A stretch of 64,000 bases of DNA, taken from assembly GCF_963921235.1 (NCBI RefSeq), contig NC_086108.1:104782001-104846000 (forward strand), read 5' to 3'. The translations under genes were made by a program, and so were the position numbers. The first letter of the stretch is position 1; every line of letters starts with the position of its first letter. Shown here one piece after another: positions 25,241-36,766 of the stretch. The DNA is from Mobula hypostoma. Its lineage: Eukaryota. Under the pieces are notes generated by a model, which saw only the letters and a program-made list of their open reading frames with translations, searched no databases and had not been told where the DNA came from.

Positions 25241-25629
25241 TCTGTGTGTGGTGGTACAAACATAGGCAAAGGCTGTGTGCTTAGACCATAACTATGCTGC
25301 CGATGATTTATACATCTCTGTAAGGTCAACACTCAGTCTCCTAACCTGCCAACCTCTGGGATCATCACCATCTAGGCCATGCTTTCTTCCTGGCTTCTAC
25401 CATCGGGAAGGAGGTAGAGGAGCCTTAGCTCCCACATGACCAGGTTCAGACAGAGTCATTACCCCTCAACCATCAGGCTCCTGAACCAGTGTGGATAACT
25501 TCATTCACTTCAACACTGAATTGATTGCTCACACTATGAACTCACTTTCAAGGACTCGTTCTCAATATTACTTATTTATTATTAATTTTTTGGGAGAATT
25601 GCACATTGACTTCTTACGCATTTTGGCGT

Positions 25630-26700
25630 TCATCCTTATACATAACACTATATATTCCGTGAGGGTGGGCTCCACGCTGATGGCATGAGTATCGATTTCT
25701 CTTTCCAGTAGAAAAACATTTCCCTTCCCACTTCCTTCTTCTTCTATTTCCCCACTCTGGCCTCATACTTCTTCTAGCCAGCCTATCTCTTCGCCTTCCC
25801 TTTCTCCTATGATCCACTCTCCTCTCCTATCAGCTCCCTTCTTCTCCAGCCATTTATCTTCCCCACACACCTGGCTTCACCTATCACCTTCTGGCTAGCC
25901 TCCTTCCCATTCCCCCACCTTTTCATTCTAGCGTCTTCCCGCTTCCTTTTCAATCCTGAAGAAAGGTCTTGGCCTGAAATGTTTACTATTTATTCATTTC
26001 TATAGATGCTGCTTGCCCTGCTAAGATCCTCCAACATTTTGTGTGCGTTGCTTTGGATTTCCAACATCTGTAGACTTATTGGTGAGACCCGACGTAGACT
26101 GAGAGACTGCTCTGTCCACCAGTAAAAGCAGGCTCTCCTGGTGGCCTCCCATTTGAATTCTACTTCCCATTCCCATTCCGACATGTCAGTTCATGGTCTC
26201 CTCTACTGCCCCAATGAGGACGCACTCAGGTTGGAGGAACAACCTGAGTGCGTCCTATTCCGTCTGGGTAGCCTTCAATCTGATGGCATGAACATCGATT
26301 TCTTGAACTTCCAATAATTGCCCCCTTTCTCCTTCACCATTCCCTATTCCCATTTCCTTCTCTCACCTTATCTCCTTATCGGCCCAGCACCTCCCTCTGG
26401 CCTTCTATCCTCTCCTATTAGATTCCCCCTTCTCCAGCCCTTTATCTCTTTTATCAATTGACTTCCTAGCTCTTTATCTTAACCCTTCCCATCTCACAGT
26501 TTCAACTATCACTTACTACCTTGTACCTCTTCCTCTCCTCGCCCCACCTTCTTAATCTGACTTCTAATCTCTTTTTTCCAGTCCCGATGAAGGGTCTCAG
26601 CCCAAACCATCAAATGTTTACTCTTTTCCATACGTGCTGCCTGGCCTGCTGAGTTTGTCCAGCACTTTGTATGTATTACTATTAATCTGCAGACTTTCTC
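25630..26700 (+). mobile_element. two Penelope-like 3' ends in direct tandem
   Basis: Unit 1 (about 25630-26075) and unit 2 (about 26076-26700; IGETRRRLRD..VASHLNS..HSDMSVHGLLYC GIY-YIG remnant). Each is followed by a pyrimidine tract and a hammerhead-like motif (25951-25988, 26579-26616). Confidence 0.8.
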
Positions 26701-26824
26701 CTGTTTTTTGGTTATTTGTCTGCCTTTGTTTCTGTGTAGCTTTTCATTGATTCTACTGTATTTCTTTCTATCTACTATGAATGCCTGCAAGAAAATGAAT
26801 CTCAGGGCAGTATATGATGACATA

Positions 26825-27050
26825 TAGATAGACAGATAGATAGATATCCTTTTTTGATCCCGAGGGAATTTAGGTTTCGTTACAGCCGCACCAACAAGAA
26901 TAGAGCATAAATATAGCAATACAAAAACCACAAACAATCGAACAACAAAATGCAAACTATGCCAGATGGAAAAAAAATCCAGGACCAATCTATTGGCTCA
27001 GGGTGTCTGACCCTCCACGGGAGGAGCTGCAAGTTCAATGGCCACAGGCA
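26825..27050 (-). mobile_element. Rex1 sister-subfamily 3' end with (ATCT)n tail
   Basis: Reverse complement gcctgtggccattgaac..ggagggtcagacaccctgagccaatag matches 22871-22931, but the 3' UTR and tail differ. Confidence 0.8.
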
Positions 27051-28176
27051 TTATCAAAGTATATACTTACTTTGATAATACATTTACTTTAAACTTTGAA
27101 CTTCTCCCCATAACTCAGGCCCTCAAGTCCTGGTAACGTTCCCTAAAATCTTCACACTCCTTCTAACTTGATAATGTCTGTCTCATAGGGCAGCGGAAAC
27201 TGTCCATGATGCTCCAAGAGCAGTCTCACCAATAACAGCATAGTGTCTCAACTTCTATTCTCTATGAAGGCTAGCACGGCAATGAACCTTCTTCACTACT
27301 CATGGCTTCACTTTCAGGGACCTATGTACTCCGAGACCTCTCTGTTCTGCAACATTCCCTGGAAAAGTTAATGTAATTCTATGTCAAGATATGCAGCTAA
27401 AAAGCAAAGTCAGAGAAATGTAGTATATATATATTTTTTTCTGTTCTGTGATCTCTGGAAATCCATGATCAGCACATCTACAGATGGCTTAATGAAAACA
27501 ATGTTTAAAATTCCTGTGCAGGATTTTCAACTGGGGTTGGGGTGACTTCCGCTGACGTGGAATAAACAGGACATAATCCAAAGGGAATATTGATAGAATT
27601 GATTAAAGGGATAACATCAAAAATGATTGACTGCAGAATTAGTGTGTCATGTACCGATGCATATTGACCTTGCCTCACAGTGGCAGTGAACCCTAATTAG
27701 TTATCTCCACACTGCAGCATTGAACGATATGTTGACAAGCTTGGTTAACAGTGACACATTTGTCCCAGTCAATAAAACCATAAACAGCAGCAGAATATAT
27801 ATTAAGCGCCTAAGTCTATCAGGAAATCCTTGCTAAATAAGAACCATAATGAGGTTAGAGGGCTGCCAGAAAGATGATTTCAAATCTATTTACTGTTTAG
27901 TGGCATTCTGACCTTTTCTTCCTTAATAATCTTGCCATACACAATTAGCTCAGATTAACTGTCAGCAATTAAACTGCAGGGAGAATTAAACGAGGGCACC
28001 ACAGTGAGTAGAGCGCCTTGCTCTCAGATTCAGCAGCCCCAGGTTCAATCGTGACCTTGTGTGGAGTTTGCACCTTCTGCCTGTGACTGTACATTTCCTC
28101 ACGTTTCCTCACACATCCCAGAGGCGTGCAAGTCAGTGGGTTAATTGGTCACTGTACACCCAAAGGCCTCTTAAAG

Positions 28177-28596
28177 GTTCGAAGATGCTCTTCTGCACAC
28201 TGTTGCTATAACGTGTGGTTATATGAGTAACTGACGCCTTCCTGTCAGTTTAAACCAGGTCATTCTCCTCTGATCTCTCTAATTAACAAGGCATTTTCAC
28301 CCACAGAACTGCTGCCCTTTGGATGTTTTTTGTTTCTTGCACAATTCTCTGTAAATTCTAGAGACTGGTATGCATGAAAACCGCAGGAGATCAACAGTTT
28401 CCGAGATACTTAAGCAACCCTGTCTGGCACCAGCGATCGTTCCTTGGTTCTGATGTTTGGTCTGAACAACAACTGAACCTCTTGACCATGACTGTACACT
28501 TTATGCTTTGAGTTTCTGCCACATGATTGGCTGATTAGGTATTTGCATTAACGAGCAGATGCACAGGTATACCTAATAAAGTGACCACTGAGTGTA
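28177..28596. mobile_element. non-autonomous Tc1-like element end
   Basis: Terminal tacctaataaagtgaccactgagtg|ta; a related segment and a fold-back of the same TIR lie at 47005-47451. Confidence 0.65.
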
Positions 28597-30227
28597 TGTT
28601 ACCACTAACATGTCGATGAGTAGAGGAATCTTGATTGGGGTGGGGTGGTGGGAGCCGATGTATAAACTGAAAGAATATAACAAGGATAGTGTAAATGACT
28701 GCCTATTGGACAGCAGAGTCTTGATTAAGATTAAGATTAGATTAGCCTTATTGGTCATGCGTACATCAAAATATGCAGTGAAACGTGTTGTTTGGGTCAA
28801 CGAACAACACAGTCCAAGGATTGCTGAGAGCAGCCCGTAAGTACTCCCATGCTTCTAACACCAACACAGCATGCCTACAACTTTACTACCCGTATGTCTT
28901 GGAAAGTGGGAGGAATCCAGAGCACCTGGAGGAAACCCATGATATCACGAGGACAACGTACAAACTCCTTGGAGACAGCAACAGGACTTTAATAGGCTCA
29001 AAGGCCCAGTTTCTGTGATGTGTGAGTCATCAAGGGCACAAACCTCCCCTCCATCAAGAACAGCAACAAAAGGCAGTGTTTCAAGAAGGCTGCACCAATC
29101 AAGAAAGACCCTGATCATCCAGGGCAAGCTCTCGTCTCATTACTACCTCAGTCCTTAAATTATTTAAAGACTACTTCCACCATCATTTGAGAAAGAGACA
29201 AAGATTTGTGGCCCTCAAATAAGAAAACAAAATTCACCTCACATTAGCACTGAATGGTTGACCACATACTTCTGTCATTAAGGATCCCCATCAGTTCTAC
29301 CTGGCTGATGGGGACCTCAAGTGCTGGGAGGTTGCAGGTGACAGTGATCTCCCACCATCCAGAGCAGGTTCCCTTCTCATGAATACAGTCAGGGAGGAGG
29401 TACAGGAGCTTAAAGACCCACTCTCAGCATTTTAAGAACAGCTTCTTCCCCTCTGACATTGGATTTCTGAATGGACAATGAACCCATGAACGCTATCTCA
29501 CTGTTCATCTTCTACACTTTAATTCTATTTTTATACTGACATTGAATGCAAGGTTATTGCTGTGACACCATGCAACTAGCTGAAGCCAGTGGTAGTCATT
29601 TTGTAACAGTAATCATAATAGTGAATTAAATTTCTTGGTAGGACCTTGCTCTCTGTGATTTTAGTAAAGTTACTTGTGTTTAATGACGATTAGAATCAGA
29701 ATCAGGTTCATTATCACTGACTAATGTGAAATTTGTCGCTAATTGTCAACAGTGCAGAACAGCACATAAAATACTGTAAATTACAATAAGAACTATATAC
29801 AAAAAATAAAAAGGTCATGTAAAAAGAGAGAAAAAATTGAGGTAGTGTTCATGGGTTCATAAACTGTACTGAAATCTGATGGTTGAGGATAAAAAGCTAT
29901 TCCTTAAAAGTTGAGTCTGTGTCCTCAGGCTCCTTTATCTCCGCCCCCACAACCCCCAGAGAGTAGCAATGAGAAGAGGGCATGTTCTGGATGGTGAGAA
30001 TGCTTAATGATGAATGCCATCTTCTTGAGGCACTGCCTATTGAAGACATCCTCGATGGTGGTAAGGCTAGTGTCCATGTTTGCAATCTTCTGCAAGTTCT
30101 TCCGAATTTGCGCACTGCTACCTCCATTCCAGATGGCGATGAAGCCAGTCAGTGTGCTCTCCACGGTAGAAATTTCTACAGAGGATTCTACTCTGAACTC
30201 CATTACTGTAGTAGATGATAGAAAAAA

Positions 30228-31655
30228 GAACATAAGAGCTAAGAAATAATAGGCCATCTGGCCCATCGAGCCTGTTCCACCATTCAATAAGATCATTGCT
30301 GATCTGGCAATGGGCTCATCTCCACCTACCTGCCTTTTCCCCATAACCCTGCTAAGAGGGCTACGTGGTAGGGAAATTCTAGGCAGTTTCTAGAGTAGGT
30401 TACATGGACGGCCCAACATTGTATTGTGGTTCAAAGAGTCTGTAATGTGCTGTAGATGTCTATGTTTCTATGCAAAAATCTATCCAAGTTTACCTTAAAT
30501 GTATTTACTGAGGTAGCCTCCACTGCTTCATTGAGCAGAGAATTCCACAGATTCAACACTCTCTGGAAAAAGCAATTCCGCCTCATCTCCATCCTAAATA
30601 TATTCCCCTGAATCTTGACATTATGTCCCCTAGTTCTTGTCTCACCTACCAGTGGAAACAATTTTCCTGCCTCTATCTTATCTATTCCTTTCATAATTTT
30701 ATATGTTTCTATAAGATCTCCTCTCATTCTTCTGAATTCCAGCAAATACAGTCCTAGGCGACTCAATCTGTCCTCATAGTCTAACCCCCTCATCTCTGGA
30801 ATCAACCTGGTGAACCTCTTCTGAACCGCCTCCAAAGCCAGTATATCTTTCCCCAAGTAAGGAGACCAGAACTGCACGCGGTACTCCAGGAGTAGCCTCA
30901 CCAGTACCCTGTACAGTTGCAGCATACTTCCCTGCCCTTAAATTTAATCTCTCTAGCAAAAAAAAGGCCAACATTCCATTTGCCTACTTGATAGCCTGCT
31001 GCACCTACAAACCAATCTTTTGTGATTCATGCACAAGCACCCCCAAGTCCCTCTGCACAATAGCATGCTGCAATTTTTTTATCATTTAAATAACAATCTG
31101 CTGTTTCATTTTTCCTTCTAAAGTGGATGATCTTGCATTTATCAACATTGTACTCCATCTACCAGACCCTTGCCCACTCACTTAACCTATCTATATCTCT
31201 CTCCAGACTCTCCATATCTTCTGCACAATATGCTTTTCCACTCAATTTAGTCTCATAAGCAAACTTAGATACAGTACACTCGGTCCCCTCTTCCAGATTG
31301 TTAATGTATATCGTGAACAGTTGTAAGCCCAGCACTGACCCCTGCAGCACGCAGCTCACCACTGACTGCCAATCAGAGTAACACTCATATATCCCAACTT
31401 TCTGCTTCCCATTTGTTAACCAATCCTCTATCCATGCTAATACATCACCCCTAACTCTAAGCATCCTTATCTTATGGATAAGTCTTTTATGCGGCATCTT
31501 ATCAAACGCGTTCTGGTAATCCAAATAAGTGACAGCTATCTGTTCCCCTCTATCCGCTGTGCTTGTTATATCCTTAAAGAACTGCAGTAAGTTTGTCAAA
31601 CAGGACCTGCCTTTGCTGAATCCATGCAGCATCTGCATGATGGATCCATTTCTTT
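30228..31655 (-). mobile_element. CR1 LINE, RT to 3' end (with a small inverted CR1 tail inserted at about 30350-30468)
   Basis: ORFs 31159..31638 (HGFSKGRSCLTNLL..YLD..AFDK..QGSVLG) and 30431..30925 (LEY.VQFWSPYL..TRTRGH). Confidence 0.9.
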
Positions 31656-32149
31656 CCAGAAAACACCTCCCTATCCTAAATTGAAAGTCTGGAACAGCCT
31701 CACCTACTCATTAAAATGGAGGAAGACCAGCTGGGAGGAAGTCAGGATGTCAAGAGTCCATGCAGTTGTTAATCGTGGACAGCAGGAGAAGTCCTTAACA
31801 CCACAAACCACTCACTCATCCTTCCCATCCAGTTGCAGACTCTGTGGTTTCTACACAAGTCATCAGAACTGAAATGGAAGTGACTGCCTCAAAGATTATG
31901 TTGGCAAAGTAGGGTGGTGCGGTGGTGTAGCGGTTACTGTCATCGTCTACAGTGCCATCAGTCACTGAACGGGGTTCAATTCCCATCTGTAAGGGCGTTC
32001 GTTATATGTTCTCACCTGACCCTGTGGGTTTCTTCAGGGTGTTCTGGTTTTCTCCCACAATCCAATGACATGGTTGGTAGGGTACTTGGTCACATGGGTG
32101 TAACTGGGTGGCACTGGCTCCAGTAAAGATTCTTTTACTCTTAGTAACA

Positions 32150-32470
32150 GGGTGGCAGGGTGGAAATATGTCTCTAGCAAAGGAGATGTAAGGTGCTCCT
32201 TCCCTCTGCTAGCCTGCACGTCTCCCTTGGGCAAGGTGTAGCACCTGCTTAGCCTCCCCGATCAGGGTCACATGAAGCCAAGGAAACAGGTGGTGGATGG
32301 TTGTATGAGGAGCTGGTGCATATCATAAGTCCTGGTTTATGACCACTAATGCCAGGCAGAAGGCAAATGCAAACAACTTCTGTAGGAAACTTTACCAAGC
32401 ACAATCATGGTCATGGAAAGACCATGATTGCCCGTGTCCTATGAGATGGCACATAAAGAATGAATGAACA
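32150..32470 (+). mobile_element. non-autonomous RTE-derived retroposon (internally deleted)
   Basis: Colinear with 11622-12001; (gaat)n tail. Confidence 0.75.
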
Positions 32471-35322
32471 CTTATTAATACCTCTGCTGAACCTGTTTCT
32501 ATACCAGAACTTTTGCCACCCTTATTCCTATTATCAAAAGTAAAGTCCTACACAATCAAAGACTTTCTCGGCTCCCTGTTTCCTTGGTAGAAAGGCAGTT
32601 AGTGTAACACTACATCAGCAGTGATCGGAAGATCAGGGGTTCAATTCCTGCTGCTGTCTGTATGGAGTTTGTACATTCTCTCCATAACTTTGTGGGTTTC
32701 CTCTGGGTGTTCCAGTTTCCTCCCACTTAAAAATGTATGCGTTAACGTTGTGGGTATGCTATGTTGGTGCCACAAGTTACTCCTAGCACATCCTAGGACT
32801 GTGTTGGTTGTTCGCACATTTCAGTGTATACAGTGCGATACATTGATGTAGATGTAATCCTTAAAGCTAATCTTAAAGATCTTTATTTTTAATGTATGGA
32901 TTAATAAAGAGACAGCTCTCTCCCTTTGCTCACATTTTGCCTTTGTAGCAATTTAACCAATATTGTTATTGCACAGACATTAACGAGTTTGATGTCAGCG
33001 TTGCAAATTCACGTTAGAGGAACGAGGAAGAGAACACAGCTTGCTTTCCCCCATGTGATATCAATGAACATCACAAACAAACAAGCAACTAAAACTTTGC
33101 TTGTTAGTTTGCGCTATTGATATGAGAGCCGAAGCAATCCCACAGTCCCATGATTCCATGGGTAATAATGCTAATGCACTTATCTACTGTGAATAGCAGT
33201 ATAATTAGGAAGCAATTTATTTCCAGTTATATGTTGGTCATTGGAATATAAAGCAATATGGTAGCATATAATCAAGAAGGTGCTCTGATGCTCTTTACAC
33301 TACTAATTATACATTGTCATTATTGTTAATGATATTCCAGCTATTTAACAGAGGCAAGATCTGTAATATATGGGGAAGATATATAAACTGGGAAAAGACA
33401 TATGACTGATTTTGTTCAGCACTGAAGTTATGAGCTCACTTTCAAGGGCTCTACAGCTCATGTTCTCAACCTTACTTTCGGGGTGCAATGGTAGCGTAGC
33501 CGTTATCGCAACGCTATGACAGCTCGAGGTGTTCTGGAGTCTGGAGTTCAGGTCCGGTGCTGTCTGTAAGGAGCTTGTGCATTCTCCTCGTGAAGCACAT
33601 ACATTCCCTCCAGGTGCTCCAGTTTCCTACCACAGTTCAAAGATGTACTGGCTAGTAAGTCAATTGGTCATTGTAAATTGACCAGTGATTAGGCCAGGGT
33701 TCAGTAGGGGAGTTGCTGGGCGTTATGGCTCATTGGGCCAGAAGGGCCTGTCCCATACTGTATCTCTAAAGAAGTAGATACATAAATAATTTATTTGTTT
33801 TTTTTTGTAATTGCACAATTTGTCTTCTTATGCATATTGGTTGTTGGTCTGTCTTTGTGCATAGCTTTTCATTGATCCGATTGTGTTTCTTTGCATCGAC
33901 TGTGATTGCCTGAAAAATGAATCTCAGGATGACATTCACATACTTAGAGAATACAATTACTTTGAACCCTTTGAACTTTTGATACCCTGAAAATGGAGCA
34001 GGCCACTCAGTCCCTGGTTCTGTTGTTCTAGATGAATGTGCCTGATCACCAGGCCAATATCATATTGAAAATTATGAGGGTTATAGATAGGGTGAGTGCA
34101 GGCAGGCTTTTTCCACCGAGCTTTGTGTGAAATTAGATCTAGAGGTCATAGGTTAAGGGTGAAAGGTGAGATATTGAACGGGAACTTGACGCGACGAGGG
34201 GGGGGGGGCTTCTTCACAAAGAGAGTAGTGTGAGTGTGGAATGAGTTGCCAGCAGAAATGTTGGACATGGCTTCGATTGCAGCATTGAAGAGAAGTTTGA
34301 ATGAGTATATGGATGGGAGAGGTATGGAGGGTTCTGGTCCACGTGAGGACCTCCTCCTTCTCACCATTGTCTGCTAGTTTTAGAATATTGTACACAGTTG
34401 CTGTCACCTACCTGCAGGAAAGGTATCAACAAGCTTCAAAGAATACTAAGAAAATTTACAAGGATATTGCCAGGACTTGAGGGCCTGAGTTAAAGGGAAA
34501 TCTGAAATAGGTTAGGAGTTTATTCCTTGGATACAGAGGAATAGTGGACTTCAGAAAGGGGGAGCCAAGGGAACGCACACCAGGCCTCATTGCGGGTTCA
34601 GCAGCGGGAGGGGTGAGCAATTTAATATTGCTGAGTGTTAGCATCTCTGAAGATCTATCCTGGGCCCAACATATTGATGCAATTATCAGGAAGGTATGTC
34701 AGTGGCTATATGTCACTAGGGGTTTGAGATTTGGTATGACACTAAATCTCTACAGATGTACATGGAGAGCATTCTGACTGGTTGTATCACTGTCTGGGAT
34801 GGAGGGGCCACTGCACAGGATTGGAAAAAGATGCAGAGGGTTGCAAACTGAGCCAACTCCATCATGGGCACTAGCCACCACACCGTCGAGGACAGCTTCA
34901 GAAGGTAATGCCTCAGGAGGGCTTCAACCATCATTAACAAACCCCATCACCTAGGACATGGCCTCTCTCATTTTAGGATCAGCTTCTTCCCTTCCACTAT
35001 CAGATTTCTGAATGGACAATGAACCACCCCATGAACAGTTCTTCACTGATTTTGCATTACTTATTTAAGTTAATCTTTAATATATATATATTACTGTAAT
35101 TTACTGGCACAAAATAACAAATTTCATAACATCCGTCAGTAATATCAAACCCGATTCTGAGAATGAAGGGAAACTTTACAGAGGTGTACAAAATTATGAG
35201 AGTAGTAAATAGAGTGAATTCTTGCAGACAACAGGAATTCTGCAGATGCTGGAAACTCAAGCAACACACATCAAAGTTGCTGGCGAACGCAGGAAGCCAG
35301 GCAGCATCTCTAGGAAGAGGTA

Positions 35323-35360
35323 CAGTGGATGTTTCGGGCCAAGACCCTTCGTCAGGACTA
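35323..35360 (-). ncRNA. minimal type-I hammerhead ribozyme motif (PLE-borne)
   Basis: Minus strand TAGTC-CTGACGA-A-GGGTCTTGGCCC-GAAA-C-ATC-CACTG; both core boxes and a UH triplet are intact. Confidence 0.6.
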
Positions 35361-36182
35361 ACTGAAGGAAGAGCTAGTGGGAAAGTGGGAGGGGGAGGGA
35401 TGGAGCTAAGAGCTGCGAGTCTGAGTCAAAATGTGGTCGAAAAGTCGAGTCTACATCCGTTATTTATTTATATACACACATTCTTTCTCTCTCTCCTTTT
35501 TCTCCCTCTGTCCCTCTCACTATACCCCTTGCCCATCCTCTGGGTTTTTCCCCCCCTCCCCCTTTCCCTTCTCCCTGGGCCTCCTGTCCCATGATCCTCT
35601 CATATCCCTTTTGCCAGTCACCTGTCCAGCTCTTGGCTCCATCCCTCCCCCTCCTGCTTGAATTCTTGCAGGCTTTTTTTCCATTCAGGTTGGGTGAGAC
35701 TAGAGTTAGAGGTCATAGAGTAGGTTTAAACTGGAAGTTGAAATATTCAAGGGGAACCTGGGAAGTAACTACTGCATTCAGAGGGCAGTGTAAGAGTGAA
35801 ATGAGTGGAAGCGGTGGATACGGGTTCAATTGTAACATTTAAGAGAAGTTTGGATAGGTACATGGATGAGACCAGATTGGAAGGATATGGTCCCTGGATG
35901 GGATTAGGCAGAGGACTAGGTCAGAATGGACTAGATATGCTGAAGGGCCTCTTTCTGTGCTGTTCTACTGTATGACTTTATAACTCCCCCCAGATTCCAC
36001 TACACACCCACACACAGAAGACAGTTTACAGGGACCGATTATCCTATCAGGATATGGTAAAAGAATCAGAATCAGGTTTAATATTACCAGTATATGTCAT
36101 GAAATTTTTTAAACTTTGCAGCAGCAGTACAATGCAATACATGATAATATAGAGAAAAACTGAATTATAGTAAATATACATA

Positions 36183-36492
36183 AAGGCATCCGTTAGTCTT
36201 GTGAGACCATGGATCTGCACCTGGAAAGTCTTCACTCTCCGGGACGCAGGCCTGGGCAAGGTTGTATGGAAGACCAACAGTTGCCCATGGTGCAAGTCTC
36301 CCCTCTCCACGACACTAATGTTGTCCAAGGGAAGGGCATTAGGACCCATACAGCTTGGCACCAGTGTCGTCGCAGAGCAATGTGTGATTAAGTGCCTTGC
36401 TCAAGGACACAACACGTTCCCTCAGCTGGGGCTCGAACTCACGACCTTCAGGTCGCTAGTCCAATGCCTTAACCACTTGGCCACGTGCCCAC
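36183..36492 (-). mobile_element. tRNA-headed CORE-like SINE, full-length and CpG-rich
   Basis: Head GGGCACGTGGCCAAGTGGTTAAGGCATTGGACTAGCGACCTGAAGGTCGTGAGTTCGAGCCCC; perfect 14-bp TSD agtaaatatacata (36169-36182, 36493-36506). Confidence 0.9.
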
Positions 36493-36766
36493 AGTAAATA
36501 TACATATATACATTAATAATGATATTAAATTAGTACAAAAAATAGAAATATGGAAGTAGTGAGGTAGTGTTCATGGGTTCATTATTCATTCAGAAATTGG
36601 ATGGAAAGGGGGAAGAAGCTGAATCTTTGAGTGTGTGCCTCAGGCTTCTGTTCTTCCTTCCTGATTGTAGCAATGAGATGAGGGCATGTCCTAGGTAGTG
36701 GGGGACCTTAATGATGGATGCCGCCTTTTCGAAACACTGCTCCTTGAAGATGTCCGTAAGACTCTA

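Noticed and set aside
32150..32260. Possible HDV-like ribozyme in the 5' part of the RTE-derived element
   Set aside because: P1-like and P4-like stems can be drawn, but I could not place a proper P3/L3, P1.1 or catalytic C.
36420..36492. tRNA-like sequence with A and B boxes
   Set aside because: It is the head of a multi-copy SINE with TSDs, not a standalone tRNA gene; the acceptor stem does not close properly.
36201..36497. Recurrent ORF 'MRPWICTWKVFTL...' (also at 44993, 17359, 5573)
   Set aside because: It is the antisense reading of the SINE family, not a protein family.
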